From Thermoplasmata archaeon (GTDB taxonomy: Archaea > Thermoplasmatota > Thermoplasmata > Lutacidiplasmatales > UBA184), in assembly GCA_028864975.1 (NCBI GenBank), contig JAGWLG010000010.1:26352-90351 (forward strand): 64,000 nt of DNA, read 5' to 3'. Under the pieces are notes generated by a model. It worked only from the letters and a program-made list of their open reading frames with translations. It was not told where the DNA came from and searched no databases. Of this stretch, positions 1 through 8,453 are shown piece after piece. The translations under genes were made by a program, and so were the position numbers. The first letter of the stretch is position 1. Each line of letters starts with the position of its first letter.

Positions 1-1
1 T

Positions 2-1489
2 CGGTTCGAGGAGCTCTCCACACGTCATCGACTGCTCGAGAGGGCGGGAGGGGACCGGGCGCGGGAGTCGGACCGATGGGAGTTCTCCCATCCGCTCGTA
101 TGGGAGGCCACCTGGGAGGAGCTCGGCGTCGCGGGCCAGCGGCGAGAAGCACGCCGACTCTTCGCTTGGTGGTCAGAGGTCCGGTCGGACGAGGTGGAGT
201 CGCTCGCGGCGCTAGGCCACGCGACCGGCGATCCCGCCCTGGGGCGACCCTGGCTCTCCCGGGCCTTCGGGCGCGCGATGGGTCGCGCGGCTCTCGAGAC
301 CGCGAGCACCTACCTGCTCTGGGCGGCGGACCTGCGGCGGAGCGGGAGCGCGCCGATGGACCGGGACCTTCTCGAGGAAGAGGTGGGATTCGCCTGGCGC
401 GTCGCTCAATCGGGTGGGGGGCGTCTGGTTCGACCCGCGCTCGAACGTCTTCTCTCAGAGCCTCTGCCGAGCTCCGTCCGGTGGGAGGCGACCTCGGCGC
501 TGGTCTCCGGGCTCCTCACGATCGATTCCGAAGAGGCGGCGCGGGTCCTGGACGGGCTGGGGTCGGAGATCGCGCGGGCGGGAGATGCGGTCCCCTCCTC
601 CGTCCGTCATCGCGTGGAGGCCGTTACCGTGAGCCTGAAGGCCCAGCAGGACCGCAACCAGGAGACCCTCGACCACGCGCTGCCGTTGCTCGCGATCCCT
701 CCGGAGGAGATCGACCCCGACCTGCGAGCGATGATGGTCGTCGCGACCGTCAACGCCCAGGTGTACCTGGGTCGCCCCGTGGAGGCGGAGGCGCTCCTTC
801 GGGCCGAGACCCCTCGACTGCTGCAACTGGGCGACATGGGTCTCGCCCGGGTCGAGAACCTGCGGATGATCTTCGCGCGTCTTTCGGGGGACGAGAAGGA
901 GGCGATCCGTGCGGGTCGTGCCGCTCAAGATGCCCTGTGGCGTGCCGGCCGTGTGCTGGGGGCGGGCATCGCCGAGTACAACCTCGGGGGGGCCCTGGTC
1001 GAGCTCGGCCGCCTCGAGGAGGCGGATGGCATGGCCGAACGGTTGCTCGACCTCGGCAAGAAGTTCGACATGCCACGCCTGCGCTGCAGCGGGAGCTACC
1101 TCAGGGCCGAGGTCCTGGTGGCGCGGGAGGCCTGGGCGGAAGCGCGCCCCTGGTCGGAGAGCGCCCTGAGGGACGCCGAGTCGATGAAGCGAGAGGATGA
1201 CCTGCTCGACTGCCGAGTGCTCCACACGCAGGTGCGGGGCCACCTCGGAGAGCTCGACACGGCCGTCCAAGCGCTGCAACAGATGGACCGGGACGGGGCC
1301 TTCTCCTCCCCCGCGAACGCTGCCGCCTATCTCGAGAAGCTTGCCGACCTCCTGGAGTTGCAGGGAGCGAAGGAGGAGTCCGCGACCGTATGGCGCAGGG
1401 CCCTCGAGGCCTCCCGTGTCGCAGGATATGCCCATACGGGGAAGGTGGCGCGAGACGCGCTCTCGCGACTTGGGGCGGCCGCCGAGTGA
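2..1489 (+). CDS. C-terminal part (wHTH/TPR region) of a STAND-type AAA ATPase-TPR protein; 5' end lies outside the window
   Basis: The frame is open from position 2 (RFEELSTRHRLLE...DRWEFSHPLVWEATW...FAWWSEVRSDEVESLA), upstream of the track's GTG at 194. This matches DRWRFTHPLLWE...LAEWWATHRPDRVDEVA in the 49246-52326 protein. TPR-like helical repeats follow. Confidence 0.75.
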   Translation, partial: RFEELSTRHRLLERAGGDRARESDRWEFSHPLVWEATWEELGVAGQRREARRLFAWWSEVRSDEVESLAALGHATGDPALGRPWLSRAFGRAMGRAALETASTYLLWAADLRRSGSAPMDRDLLEEEVGFAWRVAQSGGGRLVRPALERLLSEPLPSSVRWEATSALVSGLLTIDSEEAARVLDGLGSEIARAGDAVPSSVRHRVEAVTVSLKAQQDRNQETLDHALPLLAIPPEEIDPDLRAMMVVATVNAQVYLGRPVEAEALLRAETPRLLQLGDMGLARVENLRMIFARLSGDEKEAIRAGRAAQDALWRAGRVLGAGIAEYNLGGALVELGRLEEADGMAERLLDLGKKFDMPRLRCSGSYLRAEVLVAREAWAEARPWSESALRDAESMKREDDLLDCRVLHTQVRGHLGELDTAVQALQQMDRDGAFSSPANAAAYLEKLADLLELQGAKEESATVWRRALEASRVAGYAHTGKVARDALSRLGAAAE

Positions 1490-1509
1490 TCGAGGGGAGC
1501 TCTCCCGCC

Positions 1510-2577
1510 TCAGCCCGCTTCCGGGGCCAAGCCCTCCAGCCCTTGCTCCCATCGCCAGCGTTCCTGGCACGGGCAGGGCGGCAGGTCCGCGAGCGGGGCG
1601 AACTCCTGCGAGAGCGAGGCCTCCTCGATGGCCGCGAGCACGCTCGCATCGCACTCGAGGCAGTTGTGGACCCCCCTCGGGTTCCCCCCCGAGGTCGGGA
1701 AGCTGACGAGGCGGGTCCCCTCCCGCCGGGTCGGCGCGCCGCGGACGAGGGTCTCCACGAGGCTCCAGAGCCAGGGGGGACGGTAGAGCCCTCGGCGGAA
1801 GAGGTGCTCGACCACGGTACCCCCCTGGAGGTGGACCGGGTTGATGGAAAGGGTGTCGAAGTGCTCGCTCGCGAGCTTCACCGAGAGCACGGTGTCCTCG
1901 ATCGCTTCGCGCTCGGTCAGGTAGGGAGGCTTCAGCAGGAGGTAGGCCTTCGGAGAACCTCCCCCTTCGCGAACACGACGGGCGGCCTCGAAGTACTCGG
2001 AAGGCGGCGAGTTCTTGTTCACCGCCCGGCGGAGCACCTCCTCCTGCGTGCTCTCCAACCCCAGGGCGACCTCGACCTCCCCGCCGCCGAACTCCTCCCG
2101 GAGCGACCCCACGTTCTGGGCGTTCACGAACTCAGGAAGGGTCTCGGTCAGGAACCGGCGGGCGCGGCCGCGGAAAGCCCGAACGACCACCGCCCGGGAG
2201 GTCTCGGGGACCTCCCGAGGGTCGAAGAAGCTCCCCGACGTGAAGACCTTGACGTAGGGCTCGCCCTGGTAGCGCTCGAGGGCACGGTCCACCTGTTCGG
2301 CGATCTCCTCCGGCGTCGCGGAGCGACCCAGGGTATCGCGGGCGTAGCCGCACATGGTGCATCCCTTGAGGTCCGCCCAGTAGCAGCCCCGGGTCCGAAG
2401 GATCAGGACGAAGGCGCGCACGCGTTCGCCATGCAGGGCCTCCTTCTCCGACCAGAGGTTCACGTAGCGCCGGGCGTCCGCCGGGGTCCCGGGGGCGGGC
2501 CGTCGTTGCTGGGCCACGGCCCGAGCCACCGAACGTGCGGCCCCGCCCGACCCAGGGGCCTGCGTCATCGCGTTCAA
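1510..2577 (-). CDS. raSEA: Archaeosine biosynthesis radical SAM protein RaSEA (TIGR01210-type)
   Basis: CxxxxxxCxxC motif in ILRTRGCYWADLKGCTMCGY; FTSGSFFD, EVALGLES, KAYLLLKPP, WLWSLVE and C-terminal HNCxxCD are typical of this family. Confidence 0.85.
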   Translation of the reverse strand: MNAMTQAPGSGGAARSVARAVAQQRRPAPGTPADARRYVNLWSEKEALHGERVRAFVLILRTRGCYWADLKGCTMCGYARDTLGRSATPEEIAEQVDRALERYQGEPYVKVFTSGSFFDPREVPETSRAVVVRAFRGRARRFLTETLPEFVNAQNVGSLREEFGGGEVEVALGLESTQEEVLRRAVNKNSPPSEYFEAARRVREGGGSPKAYLLLKPPYLTEREAIEDTVLSVKLASEHFDTLSINPVHLQGGTVVEHLFRRGLYRPPWLWSLVETLVRGAPTRREGTRLVSFPTSGGNPRGVHNCLECDASVLAAIEEASLSQEFAPLADLPPCPCQERWRWEQGLEGLAPEAG

Positions 2578-3266
2578 CTCCGGCGCCCCGTCGGTCGGGT
2601 CCCGTCCCCAACGACCATCTCGACGGTGTCGCCGTCCTTGAGCCGGAGCGCCCTGCGGAGCTCGACTGCGGCGATGAACTCGGCCACGTCGGAGTAGTGG
2701 GTGCGGTCCGGGACGATCAGGTGGCAGGGGCGTCCGTTCAGCTTGGAGGGGTAGCAGTTCGCACCCCCGAAGGTCCTGCCCTGGTCGGTGAACCCATCGA
2801 TCCGCACCCCGGCCAAGGAGCGCACCTTCCCCAGCCGTGCGAGACCCTCGGGCGTGAGCTTCACGTTGAGCGTCCCGGGGAACGGTTTGTACCCGAGGCG
2901 GGAGCGGAACTGCGAGACGTACCCCCCGATCGAGAGGTAGTAGCGCCCCTCCCCGAGCCCGGAGACCACACCGCCGGTGAGCTCGAGCGGCGAGGGCCCT
3001 TCCACGATGCTCTTCAGCTCCTCGAGCTCCTTCCTCAGGACCTGGGCGCCCGCGGGAGTGAGCGAGAGGCCCTGCTTGCGCCCGGAGAGCGAGCGGGTGA
3101 GAAGTCCCTGTTGCGTGAGCGCGATGAGGTACTGGCTCGCGGCCTGTTGGGAGGCCCCGATCGCCTCCCCCAGCTCGCGGGAAGACAGGAAGACGGGCGC
3201 TTCCGATGCGCCCCGGGAGGCCAGCAGCTTGAGGACGCCGAAGGCCTCGCGGGAGAGCGCGCTCAC
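2574..3266 (-). CDS. ribK: CTP-dependent riboflavin kinase with N-terminal wHTH (RbkR, DUF120)
   Basis: N-terminal HTH (SSRELGEAIGASQQAASQYL), then GVVSGLGEGRYYL, LGYKPFPGTLNV, IVPDRTHY and LRLKDGDTV. Confidence 0.92.
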   Translation of the reverse strand: MSALSREAFGVLKLLASRGASEAPVFLSSRELGEAIGASQQAASQYLIALTQQGLLTRSLSGRKQGLSLTPAGAQVLRKELEELKSIVEGPSPLELTGGVVSGLGEGRYYLSIGGYVSQFRSRLGYKPFPGTLNVKLTPEGLARLGKVRSLAGVRIDGFTDQGRTFGGANCYPSKLNGRPCHLIVPDRTHYSDVAEFIAAVELRRALRLKDGDTVEMVVGDGTRPTGRRS

Positions 3267-3535
3267 CGCCAGCGTGCCCCGGGTCGCGACTCCGTCGTGA
3301 CCGCGGGAGCGGGCCCCAGTTTCTCCGCTTGGACCGCGATCACCTGACTTCCGCGTACCACCACCTTCCCGAGCTTGCGGGTCCTGGACTCGGTCGTTTC
3401 CTCGGCCTCTTCCAGCGAGAGGTTGATGAACTCGTCCCAGCCTTCGAGCTTTCCCTTGAGCGTGCGCGAGTCCTTGAGGACGACGACGACGACCTGCCCC
3501 TGGCTGCGGGCCAGGAAGTCCTTCGGGGCGACCAT
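3263..3535 (-). CDS. lsm: Sm-like (Lsm/SmAP) RNA-binding protein
   Basis: Sm1 motif (VVVVLKDSRTLKGKLEGWDEFINLSLEEAEE) and Sm2 motif (LGKVVVRGSQV). ATG 3535 chosen because a CTTAAG box lies about 30 nt upstream. Confidence 0.9.
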   Translation of the reverse strand: MVAPKDFLARSQGQVVVVVLKDSRTLKGKLEGWDEFINLSLEEAEETTESRTRKLGKVVVRGSQVIAVQAEKLGPAPAVTTESRPGARWR

Positions 3536-3564
3536 GGGTCGATTCCTGACCACGAAGGGGTCGC

Positions 3565-3570
3565 CTTAAG
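3565..3570 (-). promoter_or_regulatory. Putative TATA box for the lsm-ribK-raSEA transcript
   Basis: CTTAAG about 30 nt upstream of ATG 3535. The same CTTAAGTC occurs at 7951-7958, about 30 nt upstream of ATG 7921. Confidence 0.5.
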
Positions 3571-3597
3571 TCTTGCGTGGAGCGCCCGACGGACGCA

Positions 3598-3696
3598 GAC
3601 GTGGGAGCCCTGAGGTAGCCGGAGGGCTCGGGGCCCGAAAGGGGACCCTTGTCGGTGAGGGTCAGGCCTTCCGGTCGAGGGCCGCAGAGCCACGTC
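3598..3696. ncRNA. Candidate structured RNA (five-way junction), family unknown
   Basis: Closing stem GACGTGG/CCACGTC encloses four adjacent hairpins: GAGCCCT/AGGGCTC, CCC-GAAA-GGG, GACCCT/AGGGTC and GGCCTTC/GAGGGCC. Confidence 0.4.
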
Positions 3697-3752
3697 TCGC
3701 GAGGCTCGGCCGGTCGGCCAGGAGTCCTGGGGGCGATGACCGCTGGACGGCC

Positions 3753-5675
3753 CTAGGTCGTGCCCTTGTCGTCGACCACCTTGAAGTCGGCGTCGACCGC
3801 GCCCTTCTTGCCCGGTCCTCCGCCCTTCGGTCCGCCGTCGTCGGACGGACCTGCCGTTTCGCCCCCGGCCTCCTCTTCGGCCGCCGGAGGTGGCGGGGGG
3901 CTGCCGCTGGCGGCACCCTCGCCGCGGGCACCCTGGTAGAGGCGGGTCGAGAGCTTGTGCATGGCCTGCGTGAGCTCATCGGCCTTCTGACGCAGGGCCG
4001 TGGGTTCCTTCTGCTTGAGCTCGTCGCGCAGGGCCGAGACCTTCTGCTCGATCTCCGAGCGCTCCTCGCTCGTCACCTTCTCGCCCAGGTCCTTGAGGAG
4101 CCGTTCGGCCTCGAAGGCGAGGCTCTCGGCCTTGTTGCGGGCCTCCACCGACTCGGCGCGCTTCTTGTCCTGGTCGGAGAAGCTCTGGGCCTCGCGGACC
4201 ATCCGCTCGACCTCGTCCTTCGCGAGCTTGTTGGACGCGGTGATGGTGATGCCCTGCTTCTTCTGTGTCCCCAGGTCCTTCGCCGTGACGTTGAGGATCC
4301 CGTTGGCGTCGATGTCGAAGGCGACCTCGATCTGAGGGACCCCCTGCGGCGCGGGAGGGATCCCGGTGAGCATGAACGTCCCCAACGAGACGTTCTGGTC
4401 CGCCATCGGGCGCTCGCCCTGAAGGACCTTGATCTCGACGCTCGACTGGCTGTCCGAGGCTGTCGTGAAGATCTGGCTCTTGCGCGTCGGGATGGTCGTG
4501 TTCCGGTCGATGAGCTTGGTGAAGATCCCGCCCTTCGTCTCGACCCCGAGGGAGAGCGGCGTCACGTCGAGCAGGAGGATGTCCTTGACCTCTCCGCCGA
4601 GCACCCCGCCCTGGATGGACGCGCCCACCGCGACGCACTCCATCGGGTCGACCCCGCGTTCGATCTTCTTCCCGACCAGGTCCTCGACGAACTTCTGGAC
4701 GATCGGCATCCGTGTCGGTCCCCCGACGAGGACGATCTTGTCCACGTTGTCCTTGTTGAGCTTAGCATCCTTGAGCGCCTGCTCGAGCGGCTGGCGGCAA
4801 CGCTGGATGATCGGGCGGATCAGTTCCTCGAGCTTCGCCCGCGTCAGGGTGAGCGTGAGGTGCTTGGGCCCCTCTTGCGTCGCGGTCAGGAACGGCAGGT
4901 TGATCGTCGTCTCGAGAACGCCCGAGAGCTCGATCTTCGCCTTCTCGGCCGCGTCCCGCACGCGCTGCATCGCCATCTTGTCCTTGCGGATGTCGATGCC
5001 GCTCTCCTTCTGGAACTCGGTGGCCACATACTCCGTGAGCGAGCTGTCCATGTCCGTCCCGCCGAGCTGGGTGTCCCCGCTCGTCGACAGGACCTCGAAG
5101 ACCCCTTCGCCGAAGTCCATGAGCGTGACATCGAGCGTCCCGCCGCCTAGGTCGAAGACAAGGATCTTCTGGTTCTTCCCGGCCTTGTCCAGCCCGTAGG
5201 CGAGCGCGGCCGCGGTGGGCTCGTTGATGATCCGGACCACCTCGAGGCCCGCGATGGTCCCGGCGTCCTTCGTCGCCTGACGCTGGTTGTCGTTGAAGTA
5301 GGCGGGGACCGTGATGACCGCCTTCTCCACTTTCTCCCCCAGGAACGCCTCCGCGTCCCGCTTGATCTTCTGGAGGAGGAAGCCGGAGAGTTGCTGGGGG
5401 GTGTAGTCCTTGCCCCAGATCTTGTACTTGTGGTCCGTGCCCATCTTCCGCTTGAAGGCGTAGACGGTGCCCTCGGGGTTCGAGACGGCCTGGCGCCGCG
5501 CGGGCTCGCCCACGAGCAGCTGTCCGTCCTTGGTGAACGCGACGTAGGAGGGGAAGGCCTTGCCCCCGCCCACGGTGGTCCCCTCGGCGCTCGGGATGAT
5601 CGCAGGGCGCCCGCCCTCGAGGACAGCGGCCGCGGAATTGCTCGTGCCCAGGTCGATACCGATGATCTTCGCCAT
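3753..5675 (-). CDS. dnaK: Chaperone DnaK (Hsp70)
   Basis: [74 protein letters not shown]-terminal VDADFKVVD. Confidence 0.99.
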   Translation of the reverse strand: MAKIIGIDLGTSNSAAAVLEGGRPAIIPSAEGTTVGGGKAFPSYVAFTKDGQLLVGEPARRQAVSNPEGTVYAFKRKMGTDHKYKIWGKDYTPQQLSGFLLQKIKRDAEAFLGEKVEKAVITVPAYFNDNQRQATKDAGTIAGLEVVRIINEPTAAALAYGLDKAGKNQKILVFDLGGGTLDVTLMDFGEGVFEVLSTSGDTQLGGTDMDSSLTEYVATEFQKESGIDIRKDKMAMQRVRDAAEKAKIELSGVLETTINLPFLTATQEGPKHLTLTLTRAKLEELIRPIIQRCRQPLEQALKDAKLNKDNVDKIVLVGGPTRMPIVQKFVEDLVGKKIERGVDPMECVAVGASIQGGVLGGEVKDILLLDVTPLSLGVETKGGIFTKLIDRNTTIPTRKSQIFTTASDSQSSVEIKVLQGERPMADQNVSLGTFMLTGIPPAPQGVPQIEVAFDIDANGILNVTAKDLGTQKKQGITITASNKLAKDEVERMVREAQSFSDQDKKRAESVEARNKAESLAFEAERLLKDLGEKVTSEERSEIEQKVSALRDELKQKEPTALRQKADELTQAMHKLSTRLYQGARGEGAASGSPPPPPAAEEEAGGETAGPSDDGGPKGGGPGKKGAVDADFKVVDDKGTT

Positions 5676-5782
5676 GTTGCTTTCAGCTCCGGTGCTTTCG
5701 CTTCTCCCACGTGGTGGAACGTCAGCCTTCGGGGCGAGCGGACCGCCCTATTTCTCCCCTCGCTCGGATGTGCGTCGACCCT

Positions 5783-6265
5783 TCAGGCGACCGCCACTTT
5801 CCGTTCCGGGACGGGGTTCGCCTTCGGGACGGTCACCGTGAGGAGACCATCGCGGTAGAGAGCCCCGACCTTCTCCGGGAGGATGCTCTCGGGGAGTTCC
5901 AGGGCCCGGTGGAACCCCGAGTACGAGCGCTCCCGGCGGACGAAGTTCTTCGTCTTGGTCTCCTCCTCGGACGCGTGGTCCGCCCGGATGGTGAGGGTCG
6001 TGCCGGTCAAACGAACATCGATCTTCTCCTTCGGAATGCCGGGGAGGCCGACGTGGACCACGTAGCTCTTCTTGGTCTCCTCGACGTCCGAGAGGGCGGG
6101 GAGGGACCCGCCCGGGGTCGTCGCTCGCGGGTCGTCGGTCCAGAAGGAGGAGAAGAAGTGGTCGCGGAGTTCGTCGAACTTGCGGTCGATCTGCGTGGAG
6201 CCCGCCACGATCGGGAGGATCTCGCTCGGAGCCTCGGTCTTGCGCACCTTGAGCTTGGTCGTCAT
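5783..6265 (-). CDS. hsp20: Small heat-shock protein (Hsp20/alpha-crystallin)
   Basis: DVEETKKSYVVHVGLPG...RRERSYSGFHRALELP...YRDGLLTVTVPK. ATG 6265 is preceded by an SD-like GAAAGGTG and a TATA box. Confidence 0.92.
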   Translation of the reverse strand: MTTKLKVRKTEAPSEILPIVAGSTQIDRKFDELRDHFFSSFWTDDPRATTPGGSLPALSDVEETKKSYVVHVGLPGIPKEKIDVRLTGTTLTIRADHASEEETKTKNFVRRERSYSGFHRALELPESILPEKVGALYRDGLLTVTVPKANPVPERKVAVA

Positions 6266-6280
6266 GCGGCACCTTTCGCG

Positions 6281-6308
6281 CATAGCTATGTGAGTGCTCG
6301 TATATAAG
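6281..6308 (-). promoter_or_regulatory. hsp20(-dnaK) promoter: TATA box plus a 10-bp palindrome
   Basis: CTTATATA on the minus strand (6308-6301) in an AT-rich patch; perfect palindrome CATAGCTATG at 6281-6290, between the TATA box and the ATG. Confidence 0.6.
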
Positions 6309-6412
6309 GTATAATGTTACGCTTTTCGACATTTTTCGCCGAAGTTGGTATTCACCTCCGTGACCGCGGCGGCGGCGCTTCTTGCGCTCGAATGGGACCG
6401 GGGCGGTCTCGC

Positions 6413-6859
6413 TCAGAGTCGGAAGGTCCTTCGGACCTGCCGCTCAAGGACGTGAGGGGTCACCATCCCCACGTGCCGGCGCACGAGCTCCCCCTCATGA
6501 AAGAAGAGAAGCGTTGGGATGCTCCGGACCTCGAAGCGTTCGGCGAGACTGGGGTCCCGCTCGATGTTGACCCGACCGAACGCGACCTGGCCAGAGAAGC
6601 GCCCGGCCTCCGCATCGAAGATCGGTCGGAGCGCCCGGCAGGGGCGGCACCAGGCCGCCCAGAGGTCGAGCACGACGTTCTCGTTCTTCTTGAGGTATTC
6701 CTTGGCCTCGAGCCCTGAGAGGTTGCGGGGTGACGTCCGCGGTGAGGTTCGCGTTCTTTCCCGCATCTCTCCCCCTTCCTCCGACCCCGCCCCACGATCG
6801 TGGGTGACCTTGGGCTCACCGCTGCTCTGTGAGCCGAACAAGCGCGACAGCACCGACAT
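6413..6859 (-). CDS. trxA: Thioredoxin with N-terminal extension
   Basis: VVLDLWAAWCRPCRAL active site; FGRVNIE, LAERFEVRSIPTLLFF. Confidence 0.9.
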   Translation of the reverse strand: MSVLSRLFGSQSSGEPKVTHDRGAGSEEGGEMRERTRTSPRTSPRNLSGLEAKEYLKKNENVVLDLWAAWCRPCRALRPIFDAEAGRFSGQVAFGRVNIERDPSLAERFEVRSIPTLLFFHEGELVRRHVGMVTPHVLERQVRRTFRL

Positions 6860-6989
6860 GGCGGCCTTGGGGGAGCCCAGGCGCCAAATGGCGTTTGAAG
6901 CTCTCCGTGAATGGCGGTTGACCTAACCCTCCGTCGGCGACCCGGGTCCCCCCCTCGGTGGGGGGGGGAAGAACGGCGAGCGACCCGCT

Positions 6990-7244
6990 CTAGGCTCCGA
7001 CGGCCTGGACCAGACCGAGGACCCCGGCCTGAAGCACGATGGAGATCCCGTTGAACACCCAGACGAGCATTATGGCCATGGCCACGTTCCCGTTCTTGAG
7101 CTCCTCCATCAACGGGACCCGGAGCGTGGCCTTGTGAGGAATGGAGATCCCCAGGTAGATGGCGAGGCCGGCGAGCCCGGTCGCCACGAACAGTTGGACC
7201 AGTCCGAAGACAAGATGGACGATCTGGGTCACGAGGTCGACCAT
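6990..7244 (-). CDS. Small DUF350/UPF0719-like membrane protein
   Basis: 84 aa with two hydrophobic helices flanking EELKNGNVAMAIML. The true start is probably ATG 7244, inside the track's over-extended ORF 6990-7850. Confidence 0.6.
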   Translation of the reverse strand: MVDLVTQIVHLVFGLVQLFVATGLAGLAIYLGISIPHKATLRVPLMEELKNGNVAMAIMLVWVFNGISIVLQAGVLGLVQAVGA

Positions 7245-7408
7245 GCGCGGTCGCAGACCGTTCACGTGCTTCGTTCTCCACTCGACGAGCGTCGAGCGGC
7301 CCGCGTTCAGGTTTCGGTGGTGCTCTACGAGGTAGGATCGGGCCGACACCGTGGAACGCGACGGGGCTCTGGCGTCTCGGAGCGCCGCCCCGGGGGCCGA
7401 CCGGCTCC

Positions 7409-7921
7409 TCAGCGCATGGCACGAGGTCCGGTGCGTTTCCCCCTGGCATGGGGGCGATTCTCGCGGCCCGTCCGCTTCCGATAGTCGCGGTCGAGAGAGC
7501 GAGCGAATCCGCGCCACAGGTCGAGCAGACCCGGCTCGTACTCTCGGCGCGAAGGTTGGCCCGGGTACATCTCCCGGGGGCGGCGGCGGGCCCGAATATC
7601 CAGTTGCGTCCGACCCGCGGATAGCTCCCGCAGAGTATAGTCGAGAGACAGGACGCGCGATGTCCCATACGAGTCCACGTGCCACCGATCGGGGGGGAAC
7701 AGGAGGGTCCTGTTCTGATTCAGGAGCCACCGGTCCTTGGACTTCCAGAGGTCCTGCAGAACGATCTCGCTCGGGTCGCTTTGGAGCACTCTTCGGACGA
7801 ACGGTGCTCCCGCACGCTTCCCGTCGTCGCGCGTGTAATCGGTGCACCACCTGAAGACGTAGTCCAACGGTGCGTGGAACACGATGCGGATCCGGAACAC
7901 CGGAGGGGGGAATCGAGCCAT
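7409..7921 (-). CDS. Hypothetical protein, possibly SRPBCC/START-like fold
   Basis: Ordinary globular composition (FHAPLDYVFRWCTDY...LDYTL...TQLDI); CTTAAG box at 7951-7956 upstream. Confidence 0.55.
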   Translation of the reverse strand: MARFPPPVFRIRIVFHAPLDYVFRWCTDYTRDDGKRAGAPFVRRVLQSDPSEIVLQDLWKSKDRWLLNQNRTLLFPPDRWHVDSYGTSRVLSLDYTLRELSAGRTQLDIRARRRPREMYPGQPSRREYEPGLLDLWRGFARSLDRDYRKRTGRENRPHARGKRTGPRAMR

Positions 7922-8034
7922 CCGTAACCTCAACCGGATGGTGGGCGCCTCTTAAGTCCGCGCTCGACGACCGTCGAGCGGCCGCGTTCAGATCCTGGGA
8001 GCCGCTTCACCGGCCGACGGCGCCGCGGACCGCC

Positions 8035-8400
8035 AGAGGTGCGTGGGCCGGTGTCGGTCGAGGGAGAGCCACTTGAACCGAAAGCAGGTCTCGGGCCGGA
8101 GGACCGGTGCCTCCGTCCTGCGAGAAGCTCAAATTCTCCCGACTGAGGCCAGCGGGGACGCTTCCCCCGCGCGGACCTCGCGGGTTGGGTGGGTGGAGGT
8201 CAGAAAGGGCGAGCAAGGCCTCTTCCTCGGATCACCAGGGTCGAGGCCTCGATGCTGCGGCCGCTATCGGCGGTTCCCTTCTGACCCATGGTTCGGTCCC
8301 CGACCTCTCGACCTTTAGGCGCCCTCCGCACCGAAAGGTCTCCCCTCCCTTTGACATCGAGAGCGGGAGTAGGAGCCTCCCGTAGGCTCTCACCTTCCCT
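8035..8400. ncRNA. Candidate structured RNA or leader in a ~520-bp gene-free interval
   Basis: Stems GGTCAGAAAGGG(8198-8209)/CCCTTCTGACC(8276-8286) enclosing AGGCCTC/GAGGCCT and a CCGC/GCGG hairpin; GACCTTT/AAAGGTC (8310-8340); GAGCCT/AGGCTC (8373-8389). Confidence 0.3.
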
Positions 8401-8453
8401 CCTCGGCACGCCACCGCAGAAAGCCCGAAGTATCCCACCACGTTCCGCCCGAC

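Noticed and set aside
3605-3645. Hammerhead ribozyme or tRNA interpretation of the five-way junction
   Set aside because: CTGAGGT does not fit CUGANGA, and there is no T-loop or D-loop consensus.
6274-6298. CIRCE element at the hsp20 promoter
   Set aside because: Only the right half (GAGTGCT) is present; the position 9 nt upstream does not read TTAGCACTC.
8035-8290. Assignment as a lysine riboswitch, RNase P RNA or SRP RNA
   Set aside because: Only isolated landmarks are present (AGAGGTGCG, GAAAG, GAGCAAG). The required conserved cores (AGUA and CUGUC; GAGGAAAGUCC and ACAGAA; paired helix 8) are missing. Kept only as an unassigned structured region.
8375-8386. GCCTCCCGTAGG, matching the bacterial 16S 338/341 primer region
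   Set aside because: The match is only 12 nt, the flanks do not continue as rRNA, and it is simply part of a local hairpin.
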